From Syntrophorhabdaceae bacterium (GTDB lineage: Bacteria > Desulfobacterota > Syntrophorhabdia > Syntrophorhabdales > Syntrophorhabdaceae): a DNA stretch of 64,000 bases. The DNA lies in assembly GCA_963665295.1 (NCBI GenBank), contig OY762209.1, positions 5,088,001-5,152,000 of the forward strand. The letters run 5' to 3'. Each line of letters begins with the position of its first letter. The stretch's first letter is position 1. A program made the translations under genes and the position numbers. Below are positions 1 through 9,400 of the stretch, one piece after another. The notes beneath the pieces are model-generated. The model was not told where the DNA came from. It was given only the letters and a program-made list of their open reading frames with translations, and did no database searches.

Positions 1-1187
1 TAGAGCCTTCTGGCTCCTATGTTCTCGGTCATCTCATTGACCTTCTGGGCAATATCCGTAATCTCCCTGATGGCGCTCTCCTCGAACTCCAGGTCGATGC
101 TCTCTGTTTTCAGGAGCGCTTTGTACTGCTTGAGGAGGGCATTATCAGGCTCGGTGATGATTCTGTAAAAATCATCCCTGGTCAGGGCATCGAGTTCAAC
201 CCGGATCGGAAACCGCCCCTGCAGCTCCGGGATAAGGTCGGAAGGTTTCGACATATGAAAAGCACCCGCCGCGATAAAGAGCACGTGGTCCGTCTTCACC
301 ATGCCGTACTTCGTGGTAACCGTCGTGCCCTCGACTATGGGCAGGATATCCCTCTGGACACCTTCCCGCGAAACATCGGGTCCATGGGTGTGGTCGCGGC
401 TCGCGATCTTGTCAAGCTCGTCAAGGAATATGATGCCCGACTGCTCGACCCGTTCTATGGCGTCCTGAACCACCCTGTCCATGTCGATCAGCTTCTTCGC
501 TTCATCCTGTATGAGCAGTTCGTATGCTTCCTTTACCTTGATCTTCCTCTTCTTCGTCTTCTTGGGCATCATGTTGCCGAACATGTCCCTTATCTGCATA
601 TCCATCTCCTCGAGCCCTGAGGCGGAGAAGATCTCTATAATAGGGAGGGCCTTGTCCGGCACTTCTATTTCCACGGACTTCTCGTCGAATTTGCCCGCCC
701 TGAGCTGGTTTCTTATCTTGAGTCTCGACAGCTCCGCCGGGTCTTCTTCACGGGCCGCGCGGCTGAGCTTCTTCTGGGGCAAAAGCAGGTCAAGGACCCG
801 CTCCTCTGCCAACTCCCTGGCCTTCTGCAAAACTCTCTCGTGCTCTTCCTTTTTCACCATATTAATGGAAAGCTCGGTGAGGTCCCGTATCATGGACTCC
901 ACGTCACGCCCCACGTATCCTACTTCCGTAAACTTGGTGGCCTCGATCTTGAGAAAGGGTGCGCTCGCGAGTTTCGCAAGACGCCGGGCAATCTCCGTCT
1001 TCCCGACCCCGGTAGGCCCTATCATGATGATATTCTTCGGGGCTACCTCATCCCTCAGTTCCTTGGGTATCATCTGCCGTCTCCACCGGTTTCTCAAGGC
1101 TATGGAGACCGCCTTCTTCGCCTTGTTCTGCCCTATGATAAACCGGTCCAGCTCCTCCATGATCTCTTTAGGCGTCAGTATCTTCAT
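1..1187 (-). CDS. hslU: ATP-dependent protease ATPase subunit HslU (3' end runs off the window)
   Basis: The reverse strand from ATG at 1187 reads [37 protein letters not shown]...[50 protein letters not shown]. Its start overlaps the hslV stop. It is absent from the ORF track because no stop lies in the window. Confidence 0.97.
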   Translation of the reverse strand, partial: MKILTPKEIMEELDRFIIGQNKAKKAVSIALRNRWRRQMIPKELRDEVAPKNIIMIGPTGVGKTEIARRLAKLASAPFLKIEATKFTEVGYVGRDVESMIRDLTELSINMVKKEEHERVLQKARELAEERVLDLLLPQKKLSRAAREEDPAELSRLKIRNQLRAGKFDEKSVEIEVPDKALPIIEIFSASGLEEMDMQIRDMFGNMMPKKTKKRKIKVKEAYELLIQDEAKKLIDMDRVVQDAIERVEQSGIIFLDELDKIASRDHTHGPDVSREGVQRDILPIVEGTTVTTKYGMVKTDHVLFIAAGAFHMSKPSDLIPELQGRFPIRVELDALTRDDFYRIITEPDNALLKQYKALLKTESIDLEFEESAIREITDIAQKVNEMTENIGARRL

Positions 1188-1711
1188 TACAACTCCTCTA
1201 TTACGATATTATCATTGGTGTAGATGCAGATCCCGGACGCAATGTGCATCGATTCCTCCACGATCTCCCTGGCCGACAGGTTCGCGTGCTTCACGAGCGC
1301 CCTTGCCGCCGACTGGGCATAGGCGCCGCCGGACCCGATGGCGGCCACGCCGTCATCCGGCTCGATCACGTCACCTGTCCCGGAGAGCATGAGAGTATGT
1401 TCCTCATCCGCCACTATAAGCAGGGCCTCGAGCCTCCGGAGCATCCTGTCCGTTCTCCAGTCCTTTGCAAGCTCCACGGCGGCCCTGGAGATATTCCCGT
1501 TATACTGCTCCAGTTTCTTTTCGAACCTCTCGAAAAGGGTAAAGGCATCCGCGGTGGCCCCTGCGAAACCGGCGAGACATTTTTCGTGATAGAGTTTCCG
1601 TACTTTCTTTGCCGTATGTTTCATGACAATATCACCCATCGTGACCTGTCCGTCGCCTCCAATGGCAACTTTCCCCTCGTGTCTTACACATATGACTGTC
1701 GTCGCTTCCAT
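1187..1711 (-). CDS. hslV: ATP-dependent protease peptidase subunit HslV
   Basis: N-terminal ATTVICVR (catalytic Thr), [43 protein letters not shown]. Confidence 0.97.
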   Translation of the reverse strand: MEATTVICVRHEGKVAIGGDGQVTMGDIVMKHTAKKVRKLYHEKCLAGFAGATADAFTLFERFEKKLEQYNGNISRAAVELAKDWRTDRMLRRLEALLIVADEEHTLMLSGTGDVIEPDDGVAAIGSGGAYAQSAARALVKHANLSAREIVEESMHIASGICIYTNDNIVIEEL

Positions 1712-1713
1712 TT

Positions 1714-2601
1714 TTACCTTCTTGGGTGAGATTTGTCGTATATCTCCATCAGCTTTTCCATGGAGACATGGGTGTATTTCTGGGTGGTAGATAATTTTGA
1801 ATGCCCGAGCAGTTCCTGAATACTCCGGAGGTCCGCGCCGCTGTCGAGCATATGCGTCGCAAAAGAATGACGCACGCCGTGGAGGGCGAGGTTCTTGAAC
1901 AGGTGAGCATGCAGTTGATGCTTCTTCATAATTTTCAGAAGACCCCCGTAAGAGAGCCGGTATCCCCTCGCGTTCACGAACAGGGGACCTCTGACCGCAC
2001 TTTTCCGGGCCTCCTTCAAGGCCGTCCGGTACTCCTCAACGGCAAGTTTCGCCTTGTCTCCGAAAGGGATTATCCTTTCCTTGCCGCCCTTGCCTTTTGC
2101 CTTCACCCACATTCCATCCATGTGTACGTCTTCCACATCCATATTAAGCGTTTCCTGAGCTCGCATGCCCGTCGAATACATGAGCTCGAAAATGGCCCGG
2201 TTCCTTAAATTAAGCCATCCGTCCTTCGGCAGAAAATCAAGGAAATGGAACATCTCGTCTATGGTGTAGAACTTGGGAAGATGCTTCTCTATCCTCGGGT
2301 TCTTGATCACCAGCGCCGTGTTTTCCTCAATATATCCCTTCTTCTTCATAAATCTGAAGAAGACCTTTATGGACGAAACCTTCCTCGACAGGGAAGACTT
2401 CTTGAGTCCTTTGTAAATACTTACGATGTACGCCCTTATTGCGCGATGGTCCACTACATCGTAAGAACTCTTCTCTATAAAGGCGACAAAGTCGTCGATA
2501 TCCCCCTTGTACGCCCTCTCCGTATTAAAGGCCACGCCTTTTTCACTCTTCAGATACTTGTAAAACTCCCTGGACAACACCCTCATCGTATGTTTATCCA
2601 T
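1714..2601 (-). CDS. xerC: Tyrosine recombinase XerC
   Basis: [64 protein letters not shown]; the xerC-hslV-hslU order is a common one. Confidence 0.9.
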   Translation of the reverse strand: MDKHTMRVLSREFYKYLKSEKGVAFNTERAYKGDIDDFVAFIEKSSYDVVDHRAIRAYIVSIYKGLKKSSLSRKVSSIKVFFRFMKKKGYIEENTALVIKNPRIEKHLPKFYTIDEMFHFLDFLPKDGWLNLRNRAIFELMYSTGMRAQETLNMDVEDVHMDGMWVKAKGKGGKERIIPFGDKAKLAVEEYRTALKEARKSAVRGPLFVNARGYRLSYGGLLKIMKKHQLHAHLFKNLALHGVRHSFATHMLDSGADLRSIQELLGHSKLSTTQKYTHVSMEKLMEIYDKSHPRR

Positions 2602-2910
2602 AAGAGTATTATTTTATTACATTTCAGCAAATAATCAAGTAAATTCCCGGGACAAAACCGAAGCCGTCCAGAGGACGGGGTCCCCCGTTACACAGGAAAG
2701 GCCCCTTCCTCCTCCCCATTTAAGTGTTCGCGACAATAGGCGACAACCACCATATGCAGGAAAATACTGTGCAAGACCACCCCGGCTTAACAGTCCTCTT
2801 CCCACTCCGGATGCACGGCTCGAAAGAGACGGTCACCGCTATAAGAGCAGAGAGAACAGGGGTCCGATGGTCGGACCACGGACATTGACGAAGTAAAGGA
2901 GGAAATCATC

Positions 2911-5346
2911 ATGCCCCAAAAGAATTTTCCACCAGATCCGCTAAACCAGGTCCGTAAGAAAGGCTCCATCATGCGAAAAGCGGTGACGCCGCTCATCCTG
3001 TTCATATTGTTCATTGCAGCCCTGCCCTTCCAGGGATATCCGGCACAGCCCACCTATCCGATCTCGACGCCCGTTCAGACTACACGGGAGCGCACGGTGA
3101 GCCCTGATCCGATACCCGACGCACCCCAGATTGCCATAGGGGAGGTGGACCAGTACCAGGCGTACGGATACAGTAGTTGGAGCGTCGGGGCCGGTGTCGA
3201 TTACGGGATACTTTCGCCGGAAGGACCCTATGTGGACTCCTACAACGCGGTGGAGACCCTTCTCACGTATTTCACCATGAGCGATATCCATATCACCGAC
3301 AAAGAATCCACTGCCCAGGCCCTCTATATGTCATACGGGCTCGGAACGTGGGGAAACTCCAACACCTCGGCATACTCTCCGATTATCCTGTCCACCACGC
3401 ACGTGCACGACGCGGCGGTGCAGACGATCAACGCCCTCCACAAGGAGGCGCCCTTTGATTTCGGCCTCTCCCTGGGCGACGAGACGAACAGCACCCAGTA
3501 TAATGAGGTCAGGTGGTTTATCGACGTCATGGACGGAAAAAAGATCACCCCAAGTTCGGGGGCGCACAAGGGAGCGGGCTCCATCGATTACCAGAAGCCC
3601 TACCAGTCGGCCGGGCTCGACAAGTCGATTCCCTGGTATGTGGTCATCGGCAACCATGACCAGTTCTGGTGCGGCTCCCTCTACCCCAACGACTATGTCC
3701 GGAGAGTCATGGTCGGCAATACGGTCCTCGATATGGGCAACGACGCAACAGGGGCGCTCTCGCTGGAAACTCGCGGTAACTACATGGGTGTGGTTGACGG
3801 GACGACACCGTACGGAACCGTCATAGACTATGGACCCGCTTTCAGCGCCATGCCCACGCCCATCGTGGCCGCCGACTCGAACCGCCGGAGCCTCAGCACC
3901 TCGACATCCACAACCTTGAACTGGATGAAAGAGTTTTTCAAGACCACGTCGCAACCGAAGGGCCACGGGTTCACCCAGGTAAACCTCGATAATGACTTCG
4001 CGTCCTACACCTTTGAGCCCAAATCAAGCGTGCCGGTGAAGGTCATTGTCCTCGACGACACCTGCAAGGAGAATCCTCTCAGCAGCCTGAGCCATTCATA
4101 CGCAAGAGGCTGCCTGGACCAGCAACGGTACGACTGGCTCGTCAGTGAGCTTAACCGGGGTCAGGCCGAGGGTAAGCTCATGATTGTGGCCGCCCACGTC
4201 CCGGTGGGACCTCAGCTCAATGTCCCCGACTACCCGGTGCCTCCGGGCTATCCCGCAAACTCGACGCCCGTGGCCGTCTTCCTCTCCACCTGCAACGCCC
4301 CCGGCTCAACTGTCGGCGTGCCTTGTAATAAGAGCATCGGGATCGCCAACAATAGCCCCGTTCTCCCTTACTCGGTCGTCACCGACGAGTCGCTCCTTAC
4401 AACGCTCCACAATTACTCGAACCTGATTCTGTGGCTCTCGGGGCACCGCCACCTCAATACCGTCAGCCCCAAGCCCGCGCCGAACGCGGAGACTCCCGAA
4501 TTCGGTTTCTGGGAGGTGGAGACCGCATCCCTCCGGGACCACCCCCAGACCTTCCGCACCTTTAAGATCGTCCGGAACGACAACAATACGGTCTCCATAT
4601 TCGTCACCAACGTGGACCCCTCCGTTGCCGGCACAGGCTCTCCCGCGGATAAATCCCGCGGCTATGCGATCGGCGCACAAAGGATCTCCATGGGCACCAC
4701 CTACGGGGGCCTCACCGATACCTACCCTCACGTCTATAACGCGGAGCTTATCAAACAGCTGGCCGCCCCCTATACCATCACGGTCAACGTGACCGGGCCG
4801 GGCTCCGTGCAGATGGGCCCCTATCAGGCCGCCACATGCTCCTCAAGCAGCCCTTGCTCAGCGTCCTATCTTCCGGGCACGGCGGTAAATCTCGCCGCCA
4901 CTCCCGCCTCCGGGGCCGTCTTTGCCGGGTGGTCAACCTGCGCGGGGACATCAACATGCAACGTTACCATGACCGACAATCTCACAGTAACCGCAGCCTT
5001 CACTCAGGCCCCCACCGCAATCACGACTCCGGCCTACAAGAACCTCGGGGCGGTAAAGAGGGGCAAAAAAGCGACCGCTACTTTCACGGTGAGAAATGCC
5101 ACGACCAAAGGCGTCGCCGATCTCACTCTCGGAACCGCTTCAATTACCGGAGCGGACGCGGGGCAGTTTCAACTTGTAGCGGGCAAAGACCGCTGCTCCG
5201 GCCAGACCATCAAACCGGGCAAGAGCTGCACCTTCCAGGTTTCTTTCGCACCCACTGCGACAAACACAAGGATGGGAACGGTTACCGTACCCTCCAACGA
5301 CTCCGGTTCACCGGCGACCGCACAGGTCGCGGGTACAGGAAAATAG
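2911..5346 (+). CDS. Secreted calcineurin-like metallophosphoesterase (RPA4764/TIGR03768-like) with C-terminal Ig-like/choice-of-anchor-D-like domains
   Basis: AAGGAGG RBS before ATG 2911; hydrophobic signal region; metal motifs SDIHITD, GDETN, GNHD, AAHVP, GHRH; C-terminal InlB-B-like repeat and ...PSND...GTGK. Confidence 0.85.
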   Translation: MPQKNFPPDPLNQVRKKGSIMRKAVTPLILFILFIAALPFQGYPAQPTYPISTPVQTTRERTVSPDPIPDAPQIAIGEVDQYQAYGYSSWSVGAGVDYGILSPEGPYVDSYNAVETLLTYFTMSDIHITDKESTAQALYMSYGLGTWGNSNTSAYSPIILSTTHVHDAAVQTINALHKEAPFDFGLSLGDETNSTQYNEVRWFIDVMDGKKITPSSGAHKGAGSIDYQKPYQSAGLDKSIPWYVVIGNHDQFWCGSLYPNDYVRRVMVGNTVLDMGNDATGALSLETRGNYMGVVDGTTPYGTVIDYGPAFSAMPTPIVAADSNRRSLSTSTSTTLNWMKEFFKTTSQPKGHGFTQVNLDNDFASYTFEPKSSVPVKVIVLDDTCKENPLSSLSHSYARGCLDQQRYDWLVSELNRGQAEGKLMIVAAHVPVGPQLNVPDYPVPPGYPANSTPVAVFLSTCNAPGSTVGVPCNKSIGIANNSPVLPYSVVTDESLLTTLHNYSNLILWLSGHRHLNTVSPKPAPNAETPEFGFWEVETASLRDHPQTFRTFKIVRNDNNTVSIFVTNVDPSVAGTGSPADKSRGYAIGAQRISMGTTYGGLTDTYPHVYNAELIKQLAAPYTITVNVTGPGSVQMGPYQAATCSSSSPCSASYLPGTAVNLAATPASGAVFAGWSTCAGTSTCNVTMTDNLTVTAAFTQAPTAITTPAYKNLGAVKRGKKATATFTVRNATTKGVADLTLGTASITGADAGQFQLVAGKDRCSGQTIKPGKSCTFQVSFAPTATNTRMGTVTVPSNDSGSPATAQVAGTGK

Positions 5347-5379
5347 CGCGATACCCGACACCTGAATTCAACCAAGCAT

Positions 5380-5410
5380 ACGCATCCCCGGCGCAAAGCC
5401 GGGGATGCGT
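5380..5410. terminator. GC-rich hairpin after the first metallophosphoesterase (probable terminator)
   Basis: Perfect 13-bp stem ACGCATCCCCGGC/GCCGGGGATGCGT with a 5-nt loop; no strong U-tract. Confidence 0.5.
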
Positions 5411-5452
5411 CCTATATGCTGATAAAGATGCCCGGCAATTCCACACTTTCTC

Positions 5453-5481
5453 TTGTAATCCTATCCGGGTGGGCCTATGAT
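5453..5481 (+). promoter_or_regulatory. Putative sigma70 promoter of the small Lys-rich ORF
   Basis: TTGTAA-N17-TATGAT. Confidence 0.45.
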
Positions 5482-5585
5482 ACTGTAAGATGCTTCCGTG
5501 GACTTATGCGCAGGCAGGTCTGACCGTTCGCCGCCCGCCCGCACAGGGAGGAATGCGACCGACCACAACAATGAGGAGGTGCACG

Positions 5586-5702
5586 ATGGGAGACAAGGGT
5601 GGGAAAAAAGGCAGGGACAAGGACCAGAAACAGAAGGCAGCGAAGCAGGAGCAAGCCCTGAAGGAAAAGAAGGACAAGGAAGTGAAACGGACGGCCAAAT
5701 AA
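5586..5702 (+). CDS. Small Lys-rich protein (38 aa, MGDKGGKKGRDKDQKQK...)
   Basis: Strong GAGGAGGT RBS just upstream of ATG 5586, a candidate promoter, and a purine-rich coding-like composition. Confidence 0.65.
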   Translation: MGDKGGKKGRDKDQKQKAAKQEQALKEKKDKEVKRTAK

Positions 5703-5869
5703 GGGAAACGAACGACCCCTCGGCACGGCACGGAGTATCGAAGGCGAGCATAACACCCTTAAGACCATTTCGAGCCGAGCTTCGGGGTATGGACCCGCGG
5801 GACGATGAGGGTATTTCGGGCCGGACGTCTTTCGACCCGGCCCGCCTTTATCTGTCTCCCGGCTTTTGA

Positions 5870-6361
5870 CTATTTGTTCATCATCCTTTTGTGGCTGCTC
5901 ATCTTCATGAACATCACGGACCTCATCTTCTTGAACTGTTCCTCCGTCAGAATAGACCGCATCTGTTTCATGGCCCTCAGCATTTCCAGGTGTTGGGCTG
6001 TCCGCATATCTCCAAGTTTCTTGACCGCAGCGCTCGCCTTATCCAGGTCAAAGTCCTTCACATCCATGATTTCCATCAGATCGATCCGCGCGATCTTCTG
6101 ATCGGCTTTGAACCTGGCTTGTTTCTTCATCATTTCCCTGTGCAAGGACTTCATCTTCGTGATCTGATCATCGGTAAGACCCATACCGACCGCATTCTCC
6201 ACGCATATCCCCATCATAGAGCCCATCATATCCATATCGTGCATACCCGTCATTTGTCCATGTTCCCCCCTGCGGTCGTTCATGGACATGCCCGTCATCT
6301 GTGAGAAAGCGGGCGCTACCAGCAAAACCGTCATCAACAATGCAAATACCAGCTTCTTCAT
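5870..6361 (-). CDS. Periplasmic Spy/CpxP-like (Met-rich) protein
   Basis: Signal peptide, Met/His-rich N-terminus, LTDDQ and ILTEEQ (LTxxQ) motifs; AGGAGG RBS. Confidence 0.85.
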   Translation of the reverse strand: MKKLVFALLMTVLLVAPAFSQMTGMSMNDRRGEHGQMTGMHDMDMMGSMMGICVENAVGMGLTDDQITKMKSLHREMMKKQARFKADQKIARIDLMEIMDVKDFDLDKASAAVKKLGDMRTAQHLEMLRAMKQMRSILTEEQFKKMRSVMFMKMSSHKRMMNK

Positions 6362-6722
6362 AATTTCCTCCTGTTTATGTGAGAAATGGAAACGTCATTA
6401 ATCCTTTTGATACCTTTGGTCCGACCCGCCGCGGGTCTTATCGCGCCCGACCGCCGGCTCCGCCCTGCAAGGCAGCGGTTCTTGCGTGCCTCCATTTCTG
6501 AACCGCGGGCATCTCCCTGAGAATCTGCACGCACGGGTTACCCCGCCGGCTATTCGGCCTTACCAGGAAGATAAGGATTGAGAAATCGGTTTGCAAGGAC
6601 CGGAGGCAGACGACGTACAGGAATACACGGGCGATCAAAGGGCGTTCCCGTGCTCCCCCCTTCGTTATTGTCTGCATACGAGATGGACCGTCACAAAGAT
6701 GACAGCCCTTCCAACAAGTGAT

Positions 6723-6751
6723 TTCACTTTAAACCCGGTGCAGTGTATAAT
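6723..6751 (+). promoter_or_regulatory. Putative sigma70 promoter of the second metallophosphoesterase
   Basis: TTCACT-N17-TATAAT, ~75 nt upstream of the GTG start. Confidence 0.45.
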
Positions 6752-6827
6752 TTCATATTGTGAACCCGTGGCAGGTTCTTTGCAGAAAATGGATTTCAGA
6801 CATTACAGAGACAAGGGAGGAAAGTCT

Positions 6828-9248
6828 GTGATACACAAAAATGTTACCGAAAACCGGAACAGCCTGCTTTCTCAAAAAAGCTGCATAATCCGAAACGTGA
6901 CCGCACTGTCATTCCTGGTCTTCCTGTTTATTATGACCCTGCCGTTCCACGGATACCCGGCAGGACCCACGTACCCCATCTCCACTGATGTCCAGACCAC
7001 AAGGCAGAGGACAGTACGTCCCTCCCCTATACCCGAAGCGCCGGAGATCCCGATATGGCAGGTCGAGAATTATGCCGGATACGGGTACAGTAACTGGACA
7101 TTCGGAGACCCTGTCGACTACGGCAGACTCTTGCCGGACGGCTCCGAACCTGATGTATCCAACCCGGTCGAAACGCTACTAAATTACTTTTCCATAAGCG
7201 ATACTCACATCACCGACAAGGAATCGCCGGCCCAATCGCTCTACTTCGGGGTGCAGGGAGGTTTTGGAAGCGCCAACCTGCCGATGTACTCACCCGTTAT
7301 GCTGTCCACCACCCACGTTCTTGACGCGGTGGTCCAGACCATCAACGCCCTCAACACGGGGACGCACTTCGATTTCGGCATAGGGCTTGGCGATCCGGCG
7401 AACAGCAACCTGTACAACGGGCTCAGGTGGCATATCGACATTCTCGACGGAAAGTGGATCACTCCGAGCTCGGGTGCGCACAAAGGAGCGAAGACTATCG
7501 ACTACCAGAAACCCTACCAATCGGCGGGGCTCGACAAGTCGATTTCATGGTACCAGGTCATCGGCAACCATGACCAGTATTGGTCCGGCGCCTTCTATCC
7601 CAACGATTACCTTCGAAGCACCCTCGTGGGAAACACCGTTCTCAACATGGGCCTCGTGGGAGGGAACCCTTCCCTTGAGGCGCGCGGCATCTATATGGGC
7701 GTAATTGACGGGACTACCCCCTACGGGACCGTCGAGGACGACGGCGCAGCCTCGACCATGGAGCCGCCGAAGGTAGCCGCCGACAGTCGCCGCCGCGCAC
7801 TCACGACCCCCACGTCGTCGTCCCTGAACTGGATGAAGGAGTTTTTCAACACCACTTCGAAACCGAAGGGCCACGGGTTCACCCAGGCCAATCTCGATCA
7901 GGACTTTGTCTCCTACACCTTCGAGCCCAAATCGAGCGTGCCGGTAAAGGTCATAGTCCTCGACGACACGTGCAAGGAAAACCCGTACTACGGTTCGTAT
8001 TCCCACGGCTGCCTGGATCAGACACGGTATGACTGGCTTGTCAACGAACTTGACCAGGGTCAGGCCGAGGGCAAGCTCATGATCGTCGCCGCCCATGTCC
8101 CGGTAGGACCTCAGACAAATGTCCCCGACGCCCCGATTCCGCCGAACCCGCAGGCCCCCGCCGTTCCCAACGATACGGTCATCCCCATGTTCTTCTCCAC
8201 GTGCAACACTAACCCGACTTCCATAGGGGTCACTTGTGCCGCCGGTGTCGATATATCAAACAATGACCCGGTCTTCCCTTATACCGTCGTCACCGACTGG
8301 ACGCTCCTTCAGACTCTTCATAACTACTCGAACCTCATCCTCTGGATGGCGGGGCACCGTCACATGAATACCGTCACCCCGCAACCCGCACCCGTAGACA
8401 AGGGCCCGGAGTTCGGCTTCTGGGAGGTGGAAACCCCATCGACCAGGGACTTCCCTCAGGGGTTTCGCACATTTCAGATCGTTCGTAACGACAACAATAC
8501 GGTTTCCATATTCGTCACCAACGTGGACCCCGCGGTCCAGAACGGTTCTCCCGCGGACAAGTCCCGTGGGTATGCGATCGGCGCATACAGGATAGCAACC
8601 GGCACGCCCGGTCTCACTGATACCACCTCTCATGTATATAACGCGGAGCTTATCAAGCCCCTTGCCGATCCTTATACCATTACGGTCAACGTGACCGGGC
8701 CCGGTACGGTAGACATGGGCCCCTACCAGGCTGCCACATGCTCCGTGAGCAGCCCTTGTTCGGCGGATTATCTCCCGGGCACGCAGGTGGTCCTTGCCCC
8801 CATTCCCTCCACCGGGGCTGCCTTTACCGGGTGGTCGGTCTGTCCGGGGACATCAACGTGCAACATCATCATGACCGGTGATACCACGGTGACGGCAAGA
8901 TTCATCCAGTCTCCGACCGCGACCGCCGCCCCGACCTACAAAAACTTCCCTGTTACAAAGACCGGGAAGAAGGCCGTCTCCACCTTTACGGTCAGCAATA
9001 CCCGGGCGAAAGGCATCGTTGATCTTGCAATCGGTACCATTTCGATAGGCGGGCTAAACGCAGACCAGTTCCAGGTCGTGGAAGGCAAGGACCGTTGTTC
9101 CGGACAGATTGTCAAGCCGGGCAAGAACTGCACCTTTCAGGTTTCTTTCAATCCCACTTTGACGAATACCCGGGTGGCAACGGTTACGATACCCTCGAAC
9201 GACTCCGCTTCACCTACGACCATACCGATCACCGGAGCGGGAAAATAG
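6828..9248 (+). CDS. Secreted metallophosphoesterase, paralogue of 2911..5346
   Basis: GTG start after a GGGAGG RBS aligns with the paralogue's N-terminus; SDTHITD, GDPAN, GNHD and GHRH motifs; same C-terminal module ending GAGK. Confidence 0.85.
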   Translation: MIHKNVTENRNSLLSQKSCIIRNVTALSFLVFLFIMTLPFHGYPAGPTYPISTDVQTTRQRTVRPSPIPEAPEIPIWQVENYAGYGYSNWTFGDPVDYGRLLPDGSEPDVSNPVETLLNYFSISDTHITDKESPAQSLYFGVQGGFGSANLPMYSPVMLSTTHVLDAVVQTINALNTGTHFDFGIGLGDPANSNLYNGLRWHIDILDGKWITPSSGAHKGAKTIDYQKPYQSAGLDKSISWYQVIGNHDQYWSGAFYPNDYLRSTLVGNTVLNMGLVGGNPSLEARGIYMGVIDGTTPYGTVEDDGAASTMEPPKVAADSRRRALTTPTSSSLNWMKEFFNTTSKPKGHGFTQANLDQDFVSYTFEPKSSVPVKVIVLDDTCKENPYYGSYSHGCLDQTRYDWLVNELDQGQAEGKLMIVAAHVPVGPQTNVPDAPIPPNPQAPAVPNDTVIPMFFSTCNTNPTSIGVTCAAGVDISNNDPVFPYTVVTDWTLLQTLHNYSNLILWMAGHRHMNTVTPQPAPVDKGPEFGFWEVETPSTRDFPQGFRTFQIVRNDNNTVSIFVTNVDPAVQNGSPADKSRGYAIGAYRIATGTPGLTDTTSHVYNAELIKPLADPYTITVNVTGPGTVDMGPYQAATCSVSSPCSADYLPGTQVVLAPIPSTGAAFTGWSVCPGTSTCNIIMTGDTTVTARFIQSPTATAAPTYKNFPVTKTGKKAVSTFTVSNTRAKGIVDLAIGTISIGGLNADQFQVVEGKDRCSGQIVKPGKNCTFQVSFNPTLTNTRVATVTIPSNDSASPTTIPITGAGK
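8987..9084 (+). repeat. 98-bp segment (inside the CDS) repeated at 14295..14392
   Basis: Manual alignment gives about 10 mismatches in 98 nt with no gaps. Confidence 0.85.
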
Positions 9249-9274
9249 CCGATTCCCGGTACAAACATGGTCAA

Positions 9275-9321
9275 ATCCCTGGTGGGTCCCCCGGCGCGGA
9301 AACCGGGGACTCACCAGGGAT
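9275..9321. terminator. Long hairpin between convergent genes (probable terminator)
   Basis: ATCCCTGGTGGGTCCCCCGG ... CCGGGGACTCACCAGGGAT, a near-perfect inverted repeat. Confidence 0.55.
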
Positions 9322-9400
9322 ATCGAGTGTCCACCCGCCCGGCCTTTCCTCAGGGAATTCCCGGATTCATTTGTGGGGAGTGTCGGCCATTTTCACCTGT

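Noticed and set aside
1714..2601. Tyrosine recombinase as the integrase of the adjacent accessory region
   Set aside because: It has XerC-type motifs and is cotranscribed with hslVU, a common housekeeping arrangement; no att sites or tRNA seen.
2810..2880. ctcGAAAgag tetraloop as a c-di-GMP-I riboswitch
   Set aside because: The flanking GCAAAC and GACGCAAAGC consensus elements are missing.
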